Source of the DNA: a virus
Lineage: Duplodnaviria > Caudoviricetes
Length of the DNA stretch: 64,000 nt
Virus record (IMG/VR): IMGVR_UViG_2974668079_000001
Location: 1 to 64,000 of that record
Direction: 5' to 3' (one strand)
Under the pieces are notes generated by a model. It ran no database searches, was not told the DNA's origin, and was given only the letters and a program-made list of their open reading frames with translations. Made by a program: the position numbers and the translations under genes. Below, one piece after another: positions 1-8,486 of this stretch. How positions within the stretch are numbered: the stretch's first letter is position 1; each line of letters opens with the position of its first letter.

Positions 1-63
1 AAGCCCCACCCCGTCTGGGCTGGGACTCCATCGGAGTGCCGGACGGATTTTGTCTGCCACGTG

Positions 64-296
64 TTGGGGACCACGACCAACGACCATTTACTAATGGACC
101 TCGACCACGACCACCGGGACCATCGGACAATGACCGTTAGTAAATGGACCATTGGACCGGAGGGGTTTGTAAATTATCATGGGGGTGTCGTATAGTTCGT
201 GGACCAATTTTTTCCGGGACCAGTTTTGAAGTTTTTACTAAAACGGAGGACCAGATGACCAGACCGAAGAGGAGATTGATTGTAGTCGAGGACCGA
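64..296 (+). repeat. Cluster of short direct (G)GACC repeats
   Basis: 16 GACC copies counted by eye between 67 and 296, all on the + strand, irregular spacing, interleaved with three TTASTAA sites. Confidence 0.75.
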
Positions 297-959
297 TGCT
301 TCCGGGGACATGCCCCCATTCGAATTGTGCGGGGCTCTGCGAAGGCTTCCGTATGCTATCAATGTCATCGTATGCAAAGAAAGCACGCACGCATGGTAGC
401 ACGCTGCCACAACCCAAAGGACCCAAGGTACAAGAACTACGGAGGGCGCGGGATCAGCGTATGCCCAGAATGGCGTAACTCATTTACTAAATGGTATGAG
501 GACTTCGGCTACCTCGTAGATGGGAATGACCTGACTATGGACCGTAGGGATAACGATGGGGATTACGAGCCGGGGAATATGCGTGCAGCCACTACCCAAG
601 AGCAAAACCGCAACCAACGAAGAAGTGTTTTACTAACGTACGATGGGGAGACGCTGAATCAACAGGTGTGGGCAGATAGGTTCGGCTTTCATAAATCCAG
701 TATACAGCGACGCCTTGGTGGGAAGTACCGGAATGATATAGAATGGGTACTCTTTGGCGTACGCACTACTATTACTAAAACGGAGGTACTGATTACTAAG
801 GACAGGAAGCGGTTGAACTTGCGTGCTTGGTGTAGATCGCTGGGTTTCTCACTACGCACAGTAGAGGACCGGGTATACAAGTTCGGCTGGAGTTATGCGC
901 AGGCACTCGGCTTTGCCTCCCGGAAGGGAAAACTTAGACCACCGCGTACAAAGGATTAG
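255..959 (+). CDS. HNH endonuclease (phage homing-type) with C-terminal DNA-binding repeats
   Basis: RCHNPKDPRYKNYGGRGISVCPEW...TMDRRDNDGDYEPGNMRAATTQEQNRN is the typical phage HNH signature. GGAGGA RBS precedes ATG 255 (ORF track start 144 is probably too long). Confidence 0.85.
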   Translation: MTRPKRRLIVVEDRCFRGHAPIRIVRGSAKASVCYQCHRMQRKHARMVARCHNPKDPRYKNYGGRGISVCPEWRNSFTKWYEDFGYLVDGNDLTMDRRDNDGDYEPGNMRAATTQEQNRNQRRSVLLTYDGETLNQQVWADRFGFHKSSIQRRLGGKYRNDIEWVLFGVRTTITKTEVLITKDRKRLNLRAWCRSLGFSLRTVEDRVYKFGWSYAQALGFASRKGKLRPPRTKD

Positions 960-969
960 TAAATAATAG

Positions 970-998
970 TTGCAGTTAGTAACACTGTGGCATATACT
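970..998 (+). promoter_or_regulatory. Sigma70-type promoter
   Basis: TTGCAG-17 bp-TATACT, intergenic; spacer begins with TTAGTAA. Confidence 0.7.
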
Positions 999-1033
999 CT
1001 TTATACACCAACTAACTAAGAAGGATTAGTAAA

Positions 1034-1330
1034 ATGAAGGACTTCAATATGAGCGAGGAGCTTACTCGCGTACAGGCTGGCTGGTATGAGCAGTCTAAGG
1101 ACGCCGTGTACAACTTGAAGGATGTTACTAAAGCACTCACAGACGGCAAGTCGCTAAAGCATTGTAAGCGCATGGTGGAAGACATCCCCGGTATTGGTCT
1201 CTCCCAACGTACGCAGGAATATTTGCAGGTGGCTTTGAACTGTAAACGCATGGAGAACTTTAGTAAATGCTTGTTCAAGGCTTATCAAATTCAAACGCGT
1301 AATGCAGCAAGTCTGAAGAAGGACTCGTAG
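1034..1330 (+). CDS. Hypothetical protein, 98 aa
   Basis: ORF with AAGGA RBS downstream of promoter; no recognised motif. Confidence 0.7.
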   Translation: MKDFNMSEELTRVQAGWYEQSKDAVYNLKDVTKALTDGKSLKHCKRMVEDIPGIGLSQRTQEYLQVALNCKRMENFSKCLFKAYQIQTRNAASLKKDS

Positions 1331-1331
1331 A

Positions 1332-1556
1332 ATGGTTAAACCGACACACCGCACACTGGTAGTAACTTCTAAGGGTCGTGTACCCTACGATGAGAAGCAT
1401 TACTACCACACTGGCAAAAAGGGAGAGGATGTTACGTTAGTAAACGAGCGTAACTTCAAAACGGTACAGGGACAGCGATTCGACCTTGTACTTTTCGTTG
1501 GCAACATATCTGGGGAAGTTCGTACGAAGTTCGCTGGGTTGGTTGGAGATTACTAA
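1332..1556 (+). CDS. Hypothetical protein, 74 aa
   Basis: Tightly packed ORF between neighbours. Confidence 0.6.
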   Translation: MVKPTHRTLVVTSKGRVPYDEKHYYHTGKKGEDVTLVNERNFKTVQGQRFDLVLFVGNISGEVRTKFAGLVGDY

Positions 1557-1557
1557 A

Positions 1558-2226
1558 ATGAAACGCAAGTACTTCGACGAAGCTTTACCATCGTTCTTTG
1601 TGTTCGGGGAGCACACTAACGGTACGGTGGACCTATCGTGCGGTGAGTTTGATGTTGTAACATACTGCCCTACAGAAATGGCAGAAGCCGCCATAGCTTA
1701 CTACGACAGCCTGCTGCTTAAGCTGCATGAGTGGGTAGTCGATCAGGAGAAACCCTCGGAAGCCCTCGACAAACTCTGTGACGCTTTCCAAGATGTTCAC
1801 GCGGGGCATCATTACATTGGCGACTTCGGGGCTGTAATGTTACTAAAACTGCTGTGGGAAGCGTACACCAAGATAGCGACAATCGTCCATCCGAGATTCT
1901 TACGTAGCGTGTACGGTGTAGAGTGGACCCCATCACTGGTGCAGGCGAACTTACTAACGCAACGTGGGTACACCCCTTACTGTGGTGGTCGTGACTGCAA
2001 GTCGGTCCCTCGAACAGCGTTCCGGGAGGAGCAGTTCCGCTGCCCTAGCTGCGGTTGGGAGTCGAACTTTGACCCTGAGTTCATTGCTGGGTACAAGTAC
2101 GTGTGGGACTTGCCGGGAGTTGACTGCGAGATGCTAGACGAGTTCCGTGCAATACTACCACTATCACTACACTTCGTAATGGTAGACGCGGACATGCGAT
2201 ACGCGGGGCGCATTGATGATGAGTAG
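1558..2226 (+). CDS. Hypothetical protein with Cys4 zinc-ribbon-like domain
   Basis: GYTPYCGGRDC...FRCPSCGW motif; GGAG RBS before ATG 1558. Confidence 0.7.
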   Translation: MKRKYFDEALPSFFVFGEHTNGTVDLSCGEFDVVTYCPTEMAEAAIAYYDSLLLKLHEWVVDQEKPSEALDKLCDAFQDVHAGHHYIGDFGAVMLLKLLWEAYTKIATIVHPRFLRSVYGVEWTPSLVQANLLTQRGYTPYCGGRDCKSVPRTAFREEQFRCPSCGWESNFDPEFIAGYKYVWDLPGVDCEMLDEFRAILPLSLHFVMVDADMRYAGRIDDE

Positions 2227-2413
2227 GAAGCGTTTACCTTTAGTAAAACGTGCAAGCGTACATTGGGCTCAGCTCACCGGGATTGTCGTAATGGACCCGG
2301 ATGGATGGGACCGCCAGAACTTCGAATACAGCTGGTATGAAGAGACCATTACCATTCTGGAGTTCTGGGATCGCGTGTACAACTCAACAACACTCATGAA
2401 ATTGGAGAATTAG
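2213..2413 (+). CDS. Hypothetical protein, 66 aa
   Basis: Fills the gap between adjacent + strand genes. Confidence 0.5.
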   Translation: MMMSRKRLPLVKRASVHWAQLTGIVVMDPDGWDRQNFEYSWYEETITILEFWDRVYNSTTLMKLEN

Positions 2414-2417
2414 TAAA

Positions 2418-2945
2418 ATGGCAAATACTATCGACCTACGCGGTAACGAACAGAGCGTTACCCGTGAAGATGCGGAAGCGTATGCAGCAGCTTTGGGATG
2501 CACTGCAATGTACTTCGGGTTCGACCCAGAGCCTAAAGACGTGGACCCGGCTATGGCTGTAAAGTTCGGACCGGGAAACCCATTCTTTACTAAGGATATG
2601 GAGAAGTTCTTGGGACCGGATGGGAGTCAGTTCTTTTACAACACGGCGATGTATCAATGCCGTAAGACGTGGAGCCTTCGTGCTTACCACGGAGCACGCA
2701 GCGTGGAGAAGCTTCTTGTTAATCTTAGTAAGGGTTCTCCGCTATCGGTTATGGCAGCATACGTTGACTGCACGCGTATGCTAGGTCTGTGTGAGGAAGC
2801 CCAGATGAGTGTATTCATAGCACGCCAGCTTTGCATCTGCAATCGTGACCGTAAGCACGTGGAAGAATGCTTACTGAAAGCACAGGAGCACCAGATGTCG
2901 TACATCGAACACCTAAAAGCGAAAGCTTCCTTGATGGAGGATTAG
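2418..2945 (+). CDS. Hypothetical protein, 175 aa
   Basis: GGAG RBS plus TTAGTAAA before ATG. Confidence 0.75.
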   Translation: MANTIDLRGNEQSVTREDAEAYAAALGCTAMYFGFDPEPKDVDPAMAVKFGPGNPFFTKDMEKFLGPDGSQFFYNTAMYQCRKTWSLRAYHGARSVEKLLVNLSKGSPLSVMAAYVDCTRMLGLCEEAQMSVFIARQLCICNRDRKHVEECLLKAQEHQMSYIEHLKAKASLMED

Positions 2946-2949
2946 TAAA

Positions 2950-3330
2950 ATGGAAAGTTCATTTGGTTGGAACCGTGTATTACTCGTAGGCGGGACAAAC
3001 GCGGGCACGTTCATGGGCGTGCTTCGTGACCAGCAGGTGATACGTATGGAGAAGAAAGACCCCAACGTACAACGCCTTGGAACACACGTCCTACAACGTG
3101 AGCAAGCCCCGGATGAAACATTCGATACCGAGGAGTACGTAGCCACAGACCACGCCTTACGAGGGACTACGATCTTTGTACTGCGAGGAATGGCTGGTGC
3201 AGACATCCCCTGCGAGATGTTGAAGATCATCGCTAAGCTGGATAGTAAGATTGGTGAGCTAAATTCTAGGATGGAGCTTGCTAATATAGCCGCGATGAAC
3301 GTTGCTCACTACGTGAAGAGAGACCAATAA
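2950..3330 (+). CDS. Hypothetical protein, 126 aa
   Basis: GGAGGA RBS plus TTAGTAAA before ATG. Confidence 0.75.
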   Translation: MESSFGWNRVLLVGGTNAGTFMGVLRDQQVIRMEKKDPNVQRLGTHVLQREQAPDETFDTEEYVATDHALRGTTIFVLRGMAGADIPCEMLKIIAKLDSKIGELNSRMELANIAAMNVAHYVKRDQ

Positions 3331-3331
3331 T

Positions 3332-3607
3332 ATGCGTATGACCACTATAGCGTGTGCGGTTAAGATACACTACCGTGTCCCGGTATTGCCGGAGATGCCG
3401 ATCCTTATCGGGAATACCAGAGCATTCGTGCAGGGTCGTGCTGCTGGTATTGGGTTTAGTAACCGCGTCCACTACGACGTGCCCATGCCCAAGTTCGTAC
3501 GCTCAGCTGCTACGCAAGCATTCGGACGCCTTGACCGCGAGTTTAAGGAAGCCACAATAGACCTTACGGATTATCAACATGCTTGGCTGGAGGTGAGCCC
3601 CAAATGA
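3332..3607 (+). CDS. Hypothetical protein, 91 aa
   Basis: Adjacent ORF, operon packing. Confidence 0.6.
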   Translation: MRMTTIACAVKIHYRVPVLPEMPILIGNTRAFVQGRAAGIGFSNRVHYDVPMPKFVRSAATQAFGRLDREFKEATIDLTDYQHAWLEVSPK

Positions 3608-3951
3608 GCGTAGAAGCTGTTTTCGAGCAGGACATGCAGTTAGACCCTGATATACGCAATAGCAACGTTGCAGGGGCTTTCTGCGTGGCTAAAGCGAACC
3701 TTTGCAACGCCTGCCAGTGGGACGGTACTATCGACGCTGCTATGATGGTCCTGTTGTTCACGGGCGTTACTAATTTCGACGACGACCTGATAAAGCGTTC
3801 TGTCGAGCTGGGCTACTTTAGCATCAAACTCATGGGTATGGTTGATCCTATCCGTGTAAACCGGGGCGATGTGCTCGTCCGATCATCTACGAGTTTCGTG
3901 GTGGTAACTAACGAAGAGTACAATCGCATTTTTACTAATATACTGTTATAG
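3604..3951 (+). CDS. Hypothetical protein, ~115 aa
   Basis: GGAGGTG RBS; ATGA overlap with previous stop. Confidence 0.65.
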   Translation: MSVEAVFEQDMQLDPDIRNSNVAGAFCVAKANLCNACQWDGTIDAAMMVLLFTGVTNFDDDLIKRSVELGYFSIKLMGMVDPIRVNRGDVLVRSSTSFVVVTNEEYNRIFTNILL

Positions 3952-3960
3952 GAGGACGCT

Positions 3961-4260
3961 ATGGCTCCCTTCTTCGTTTTCGCACAAACAGCAAACGTGA
4001 TGGTTAATACCTGCCGTCGTATGGGCATCTCACCGACGGAACCACGCCTTATCCGTGAACCGGAGAACTTAAAGGGCGTGAGTTTCCCTAAAGAGGGTGG
4101 TAAGTACATCATCTTCGTCTGTGGTGAGACTGTTCCACTCTGGCTCCACCAATTTGCTGTGCTGAACAACGTATTGCTGCTGGGCATGGACAAGCACGTG
4201 ATCGAGTACTACCGTAAGCAGGACTTCCGCGTGAATGACTACAACGCTTACGAACAATAG
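3961..4260 (+). CDS. Hypothetical protein, 99 aa
   Basis: AGGAGG RBS. Confidence 0.7.
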   Translation: MAPFFVFAQTANVMVNTCRRMGISPTEPRLIREPENLKGVSFPKEGGKYIIFVCGETVPLWLHQFAVLNNVLLLGMDKHVIEYYRKQDFRVNDYNAYEQ

Positions 4261-4311
4261 ACCGTATAGTTTACTGCAACATCCATTTTACTAAAATTAA
4301 AGGAGCTGAAA

Positions 4312-4815
4312 ATGGACTCACGTTACACCTTTATCGACCTAGTCAAAGACGTATTCGCAGCACTTAAACGTGCTAAAACCAACGGTGTTACTTTCAAAGG
4401 TCAATCTCCGTCAGCTGTAGCGGCTGACATGGCTAAGTACGACGCTGACCTAGAGAATGCCCCGGTAGAAGACTTGGAGAAGGCTGTGGGGCTTGTGCAG
4501 AGCATTGACGGCACGTTTAAGTCAGGTATCGAAGAGAAGCTTGACTCAATCCTAACACCCTCTGCGGTGATCATGGATTGTGACTTCGACGACATCCTAG
4601 AAGATACCGAAGTGGCTTACTGCGTCGATGCAAACCTAGACCTGCTGACGGTTGGTGCGTACAATGCCAAGGGCGGTTGCTGCGAGTGCTGTCGCCCTTA
4701 CTACCGTGAATCCGTCTACCTACTACGCGCTATCTGTATGCGTACTGGTGACGACATTACTAAAACTGTTCTGGACCGCAAAGCGGCTAAGAACCAAGTT
4801 GGAGACAAGCAATAA
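4312..4815 (+). CDS. Hypothetical protein, 167 aa
   Basis: AAGGAG RBS; CCECC motif near the C-terminus. Confidence 0.75.
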   Translation: MDSRYTFIDLVKDVFAALKRAKTNGVTFKGQSPSAVAADMAKYDADLENAPVEDLEKAVGLVQSIDGTFKSGIEEKLDSILTPSAVIMDCDFDDILEDTEVAYCVDANLDLLTVGAYNAKGGCCECCRPYYRESVYLLRAICMRTGDDITKTVLDRKAAKNQVGDKQ

Positions 4816-5597
4816 TGCAAGTACCAGTCAACATCACAGGTCCAGTGGGATCACTTGCCCTAGAATACATCGGCGGTAACGCTGATAAGGTGATTGAGTT
4901 CGTTAAGAACTGCACCGGGAACACGCCGACGTTTAAAGAGCCGGATGTGTTGGAGTACCCAGTTATCGGTGGTACGCAGCTGATCACCGTTGGCAGTTGG
5001 TTGGTGTGGGATACCACTAAACTGCACTGCATGGATGAAGTTTACTTTAGCAAGAACTTCACGATCATCTGGGAACATCCACAGCAGCCTGTCCCGGTGG
5101 ACGAGCCAGAAGGTCGTGCAATAGGCTCATACGCGATCAACCACTCGACTATCGCTGAAGACTTGGACTTCTACCACCACAACGAGTTTGGCACGCGTAA
5201 GGTACGCTGTATCAAGTCGAACTACGGTGCTGAAGGTCATCCAATCTACGGCTTACTAACTCTAGTTTGGCTAGACGGTGATGTGGCTATGTCGATGCCT
5301 GTTGGTGAGTTGGGAGACACAGACGAGTTCTCAATGGATTACCTCGGCGCGGTAGAAGCTGCTAAGCAGGGACATCGCGTGTGTCGTAAGGGTTGGAACG
5401 GCGCTGACATGTGCCTAGTGTACGTACCAGCGGCAGACATCCCAACGAAGGGAACAGGTCTTACCCCGTTCTTCGGTGATACCATGCCTATGCGTGCTCA
5501 CTGGTTACTAAAAACCGCCACAGGCGATGTAGCCAGCTGGTCCCCATCGACGTCGGATAGTCTAGCGACGGACTGGGAAATCTACTCACCAGAATAA
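4815..5597 (+). CDS. Multidomain protein with C-terminal DUF2829 / Tad2-like domain
   Basis: C-terminal MDYLGAVEAAKQGHRVCRKGWNG...LKTATGDVASWSPSTSDSLATDWEI matches the DUF2829 (Tad2 family) pattern. The N-terminal domain is paralogous to the next three genes. Confidence 0.8.
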   Translation: MQVPVNITGPVGSLALEYIGGNADKVIEFVKNCTGNTPTFKEPDVLEYPVIGGTQLITVGSWLVWDTTKLHCMDEVYFSKNFTIIWEHPQQPVPVDEPEGRAIGSYAINHSTIAEDLDFYHHNEFGTRKVRCIKSNYGAEGHPIYGLLTLVWLDGDVAMSMPVGELGDTDEFSMDYLGAVEAAKQGHRVCRKGWNGADMCLVYVPAADIPTKGTGLTPFFGDTMPMRAHWLLKTATGDVASWSPSTSDSLATDWEIYSPE

Positions 5598-5612
5598 TTT
5601 TACTAAAATGTA

Positions 5613-5641
5613 TTGACTATAAGAAACAGGGGGAATATACT
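5613..5641 (+). promoter_or_regulatory. Sigma70-type promoter with inverted repeat around the -10 box
   Basis: TTGACT-17 bp-TATACT; AACAGGGGGAA-TATAC-TTCTCCCTGTT (10/11 inverted repeat). Confidence 0.75.
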
Positions 5642-5684
5642 TCTCCCTGTTGTCGTTTTTACTAAACCAAAAAAGGAGTCCAAC

Positions 5685-6299
5685 ATGGATAACGTTATGC
5701 CACACCCTATGCCAATCACTTACCGCCGTCCTGAGAAACAGCGCCACGCGGTACAGCTTACTAAGAACAACGTGGGAACGGTAATCCAAGCCTTAGTCCA
5801 CCTTGATGTTCTGGAAAACCTAGTAATGGGCGAGGAGACTACCGATCCGGGCTTTGGTCGCCGCGAACGTGTCACTAAACCCTGCATCACATTCACCCCT
5901 AAGAAGGCGTTTTACAAGCAGTTCCCGGACCGCTACAACAGTATCGACGATGGTGAGGTAGCGATCTTTGAAGACGAGTACCTAGTCTTATTTGGTAACG
6001 GTGATTTCCAAGTCATGTCGGCACAAGAGTTTGAAGCCACTTACAAGTGGGGTCAGGACGAGCCTGCGCCGCTATCACCGTGTGCGGCTCCAGCGCAAGA
6101 TGACTTAGCGTCTATTGCCGGGGACCGCGAGTTCTCTGAGCCTCGTGTAGCTGCGCTGGAGCCAGAGGTGGCTATTGCTGTGGAAGAGGAGATGGAAGAC
6201 CTTGCCGAGCCCATTGAAGAGCCAGAAGAGTACGGCATCGAAGAGCGAGAGGAGTCTCCTCGTGCAAAGCGTATGGCTAAGCGTAATCGTCGTGACTAG
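5685..6299 (+). CDS. Paralog-array protein 2 with acidic then Arg-rich C-terminal tail
   Basis: YRRPEKQRHAVQLTKNN...DEYLV...MSAQEFEATY domain; AGGAG RBS before ATG 5685. Confidence 0.7.
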   Translation: MDNVMPHPMPITYRRPEKQRHAVQLTKNNVGTVIQALVHLDVLENLVMGEETTDPGFGRRERVTKPCITFTPKKAFYKQFPDRYNSIDDGEVAIFEDEYLVLFGNGDFQVMSAQEFEATYKWGQDEPAPLSPCAAPAQDDLASIAGDREFSEPRVAALEPEVAIAVEEEMEDLAEPIEEPEEYGIEEREESPRAKRMAKRNRRD

Positions 6300-6344
6300 C
6301 ATTGCTAGTACGTTTTTACTAATCTAATAATCAGGAGAAGAGTT

Positions 6345-6917
6345 ATGGACTCTACTTTACTAACAGTAACACCGAACAAGCCCTTCCGTGCCGTGCAGTA
6401 CAACGGTAGTAACTGGGCGCAGGTACGTCAGTTTGCTGCTAAGTTTGCTAACGTAGAAATCGCGATGAACTTGAAAGCCGACAGCCCACTACTTGCGCAC
6501 CTTGGCACAGGCAATATACTCATCCCTAAAGGGAACTACGTAGTTGCTTGGGGCAAGTGGGACCTGCGCACGTATTCGCCGGAAGAGTTTACTAAAGTGT
6601 TTGCTGGCATTCCGTCAGGACGTGACCAACTACTTGAGGTCGAGATGGACAATGACCGTATCGTGATGTCTATTGGTGTGGAAGCTATGCGCATGAGCAT
6701 CGAGTCGGGTCAGGCAGACTTCAGCGTAGGCGGCGCAGTCCACGTTGCAGACGTAGACATCTTTGGGCACGAGCTGATCAGCTACTTGAAAGCTGAAGCT
6801 GAAGACGGTGGTACTCCAGTTCATCGCATGATCGATAGCGTAGCGTTGGAAGCACTAGAGCATGGTGCTCACGGTATCATCGAGTTGGACGAAGAAGACT
6901 TAGAGCGAGACATCTAA
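6345..6917 (+). CDS. Paralog-array protein 3, two-domain
   Basis: KPFRAVQYNGSN...GNYVV...YSPEEFTKVF domain plus an unrelated C-terminal domain. Confidence 0.7.
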   Translation: MDSTLLTVTPNKPFRAVQYNGSNWAQVRQFAAKFANVEIAMNLKADSPLLAHLGTGNILIPKGNYVVAWGKWDLRTYSPEEFTKVFAGIPSGRDQLLEVEMDNDRIVMSIGVEAMRMSIESGQADFSVGGAVHVADVDIFGHELISYLKAEAEDGGTPVHRMIDSVALEALEHGAHGIIELDEEDLERDI

Positions 6918-7405
6918 TGGGCGTAGTAACTGTACAGCGAACCAATCCGATCATCGCGCTCCAGTTCACCGGAGATAACCACGAAGAGGTGATCGAGTTC
7001 ATGAAGCAACGCGGTGGGACCACCGTAACGATGCGGTATGACAATTTACTAAAAATTGAATCCGACTGCTTCCTATCATGGACTATCCGTCAGGGTGATT
7101 GGATTATCCACGAGAAAGGGTCCGTGTGTGAGGTCATCTTCGGAGACTTCTTCCCGGATGCCTTCCGCGTTATCGAGAACGGACCGCTGTTTGGTAAGAA
7201 GGTGGTCATCTCCGGTACTTTCGGCAAGGTAACTCGCCACGCTGTAAAAGACCTCCTATCTGCTCGCGGAGCTAAGGTGTTCGGCAGTGTGAACAAGTTC
7301 ACCGACATATTGGTGTGTGGCAAGGACTCAGGCTCTAAGCTTACCAAGGCTAAAGAGCTGGGAATCCGAATCATCTACGAGTCGGAGATTCTGGAACTAC
7401 TCTAG
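6917..7405 (+). CDS. Paralog-array protein 4 fused to a LigA-type BRCT domain
   Basis: NPIIALQFTGDN...GDWII...FPDAF domain followed by LFGKKVVISGTF...GAKVFGSVNKFTDILVCGKDSGSKLTKAKELGIRII (BRCT of NAD-dependent ligase type). Confidence 0.8.
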   Translation: MGVVTVQRTNPIIALQFTGDNHEEVIEFMKQRGGTTVTMRYDNLLKIESDCFLSWTIRQGDWIIHEKGSVCEVIFGDFFPDAFRVIENGPLFGKKVVISGTFGKVTRHAVKDLLSARGAKVFGSVNKFTDILVCGKDSGSKLTKAKELGIRIIYESEILELL

Positions 7406-7416
7406 CACTTTTACTA

Positions 7417-7442
7417 AAAGCCTCCTAACGGGGGCTTTTTTG
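7417..7442 (+). terminator. Rho-independent terminator
   Basis: AAGCCTCC-TAAC-GGGGGCTT followed by a T run. Confidence 0.8.
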
Positions 7443-7453
7443 TGTCTGAAGCA

Positions 7454-7481
7454 TTGACATGTGAAACAGTGGGAGTATACT
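7454..7481 (+). promoter_or_regulatory. Sigma70-type promoter
   Basis: TTGACA-16 bp-TATACT. Confidence 0.7.
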
Positions 7482-7509
7482 TATTAGTAAAACCAACGAG
7501 GATTAACAA

Positions 7510-7992
7510 ATGCGTATTATCTGTAAAATGTTCGGTCACGACACTCCGTGGAAGACTCCCGCGAATGTAAGCCCTATGTGGACTCCTAAGCAAGTCTCCC
7601 AAGACATCCTATCCGGCGAAGTCCGCGTCATCGACCCAATCTATACCGGGTACATGTTCCAAGGCTACGAGGGCGTGTGCTCGCGCTGTGGTCATACTGT
7701 CCCGGTATATGCTGATAACGTGCCGATCATTGAGCCTAGCCTAGTGCCTACCGACGACGAAGAGCCACTGGACCTTAATCGTGAACACCGCCAGTTGTAC
7801 CTATTCTGGTGTGATGTTACTAAAAAGCACGCAGATGCACGCCTATACCTTACTGGTAAGCAGATAAAGTACCTATGGCGGTGTATCTACAAAATTACTA
7901 AAGACAATCATAACCTGAGTCCGACGGAGTCCGATACTTGTAACTCCATCGTGTTCTCATATTGGAGAGCTAAGAAGAGAGGTAACAAATGA
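7510..7992 (+). CDS. Hypothetical protein with N-terminal CKMFGH...CSRC zinc-binding motif
   Basis: The MRIICKMFGH start and CSRCGH resemble a common small phage zinc-binding domain. Confidence 0.65.
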   Translation: MRIICKMFGHDTPWKTPANVSPMWTPKQVSQDILSGEVRVIDPIYTGYMFQGYEGVCSRCGHTVPVYADNVPIIEPSLVPTDDEEPLDLNREHRQLYLFWCDVTKKHADARLYLTGKQIKYLWRCIYKITKDNHNLSPTESDTCNSIVFSYWRAKKRGNK

Positions 7993-8210
7993 AAAAGTTA
8001 ATACTGGTGTTAGCAATCACCACAATTGCCGGGTGTGCGTCCCCGGAACGTCTACACAATTTGAAGTGTGACCAGTGGGTGTACGAACAAGTTATGGAGC
8101 ATGGGGAGGACTACTTCGATGCCGTGAAAGAGTGTGGCTACAAAAAGATCCCTATGTCGGACCCACTAGACGGGGCGTATCGTGTCTACAGCGTTGGGGG
8201 TGGTTACTAA
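7989..8210 (+). CDS. Small lipoprotein
   Basis: MKKLILVLAITTIAG-C signal peptide with lipobox. Confidence 0.8.
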   Translation: MKKLILVLAITTIAGCASPERLHNLKCDQWVYEQVMEHGEDYFDAVKECGYKKIPMSDPLDGAYRVYSVGGGY

Positions 8211-8437
8211 TGGAAGCCATTTACTACTTCAGCGACTGGCGTCATTTTTGGATGTGGCTTGACTGGAACTTGTATGCTAACGGCAATCTATTCCTGATGC
8301 TCTGCTGGTCTTGGATCTTGGCGTCGAGCCTAATGGGACTCCGTGTCAAGCTCTGGCAGGCGCTCTGTAACATCCTCGCTGTATGCCTTACGTGGATGTT
8401 CGTTTGTTATGTAGCCTACGGAACCGGACTGGGGTGA
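8210..8437 (+). CDS. Small membrane protein, 75 aa
   Basis: Two hydrophobic, Trp-rich segments; TAATG stop/start overlap at 8208-8212. Confidence 0.65.
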   Translation: MEAIYYFSDWRHFWMWLDWNLYANGNLFLMLCWSWILASSLMGLRVKLWQALCNILAVCLTWMFVCYVAYGTGLG

Positions 8438-8457
8438 AAAAAATTACTAAAAAGTGT

Positions 8458-8486
8458 TTGACACTCATCTGAAACAACGTTACTAT
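8458..8486 (+). promoter_or_regulatory. Sigma70-type promoter for the AphA-like gene
   Basis: TTGACA-17 bp-TACTAT. Confidence 0.8.

Noticed and set aside
88-94. TTACTAA is identical to the yeast Yap1 response element
   Set aside because: All gene content is bacteriophage; the identity is most likely coincidental.
64-296. GACC repeats as a CRISPR array
   Set aside because: Units are only 4-5 nt with irregular short spacers; no cas genes.
255-959. HNH genes as intron- or intein-encoded elements
   Set aside because: Both HNH ORFs are free-standing, and terL, polymerase, recA and thyA are uninterrupted and of normal length.
1021-1036. TTAGTAAA as a special ribosome-binding site
   Set aside because: Normal GGAG/AGGA Shine-Dalgarno sequences are present just upstream, both orientations are used, and most copies are inside genes.
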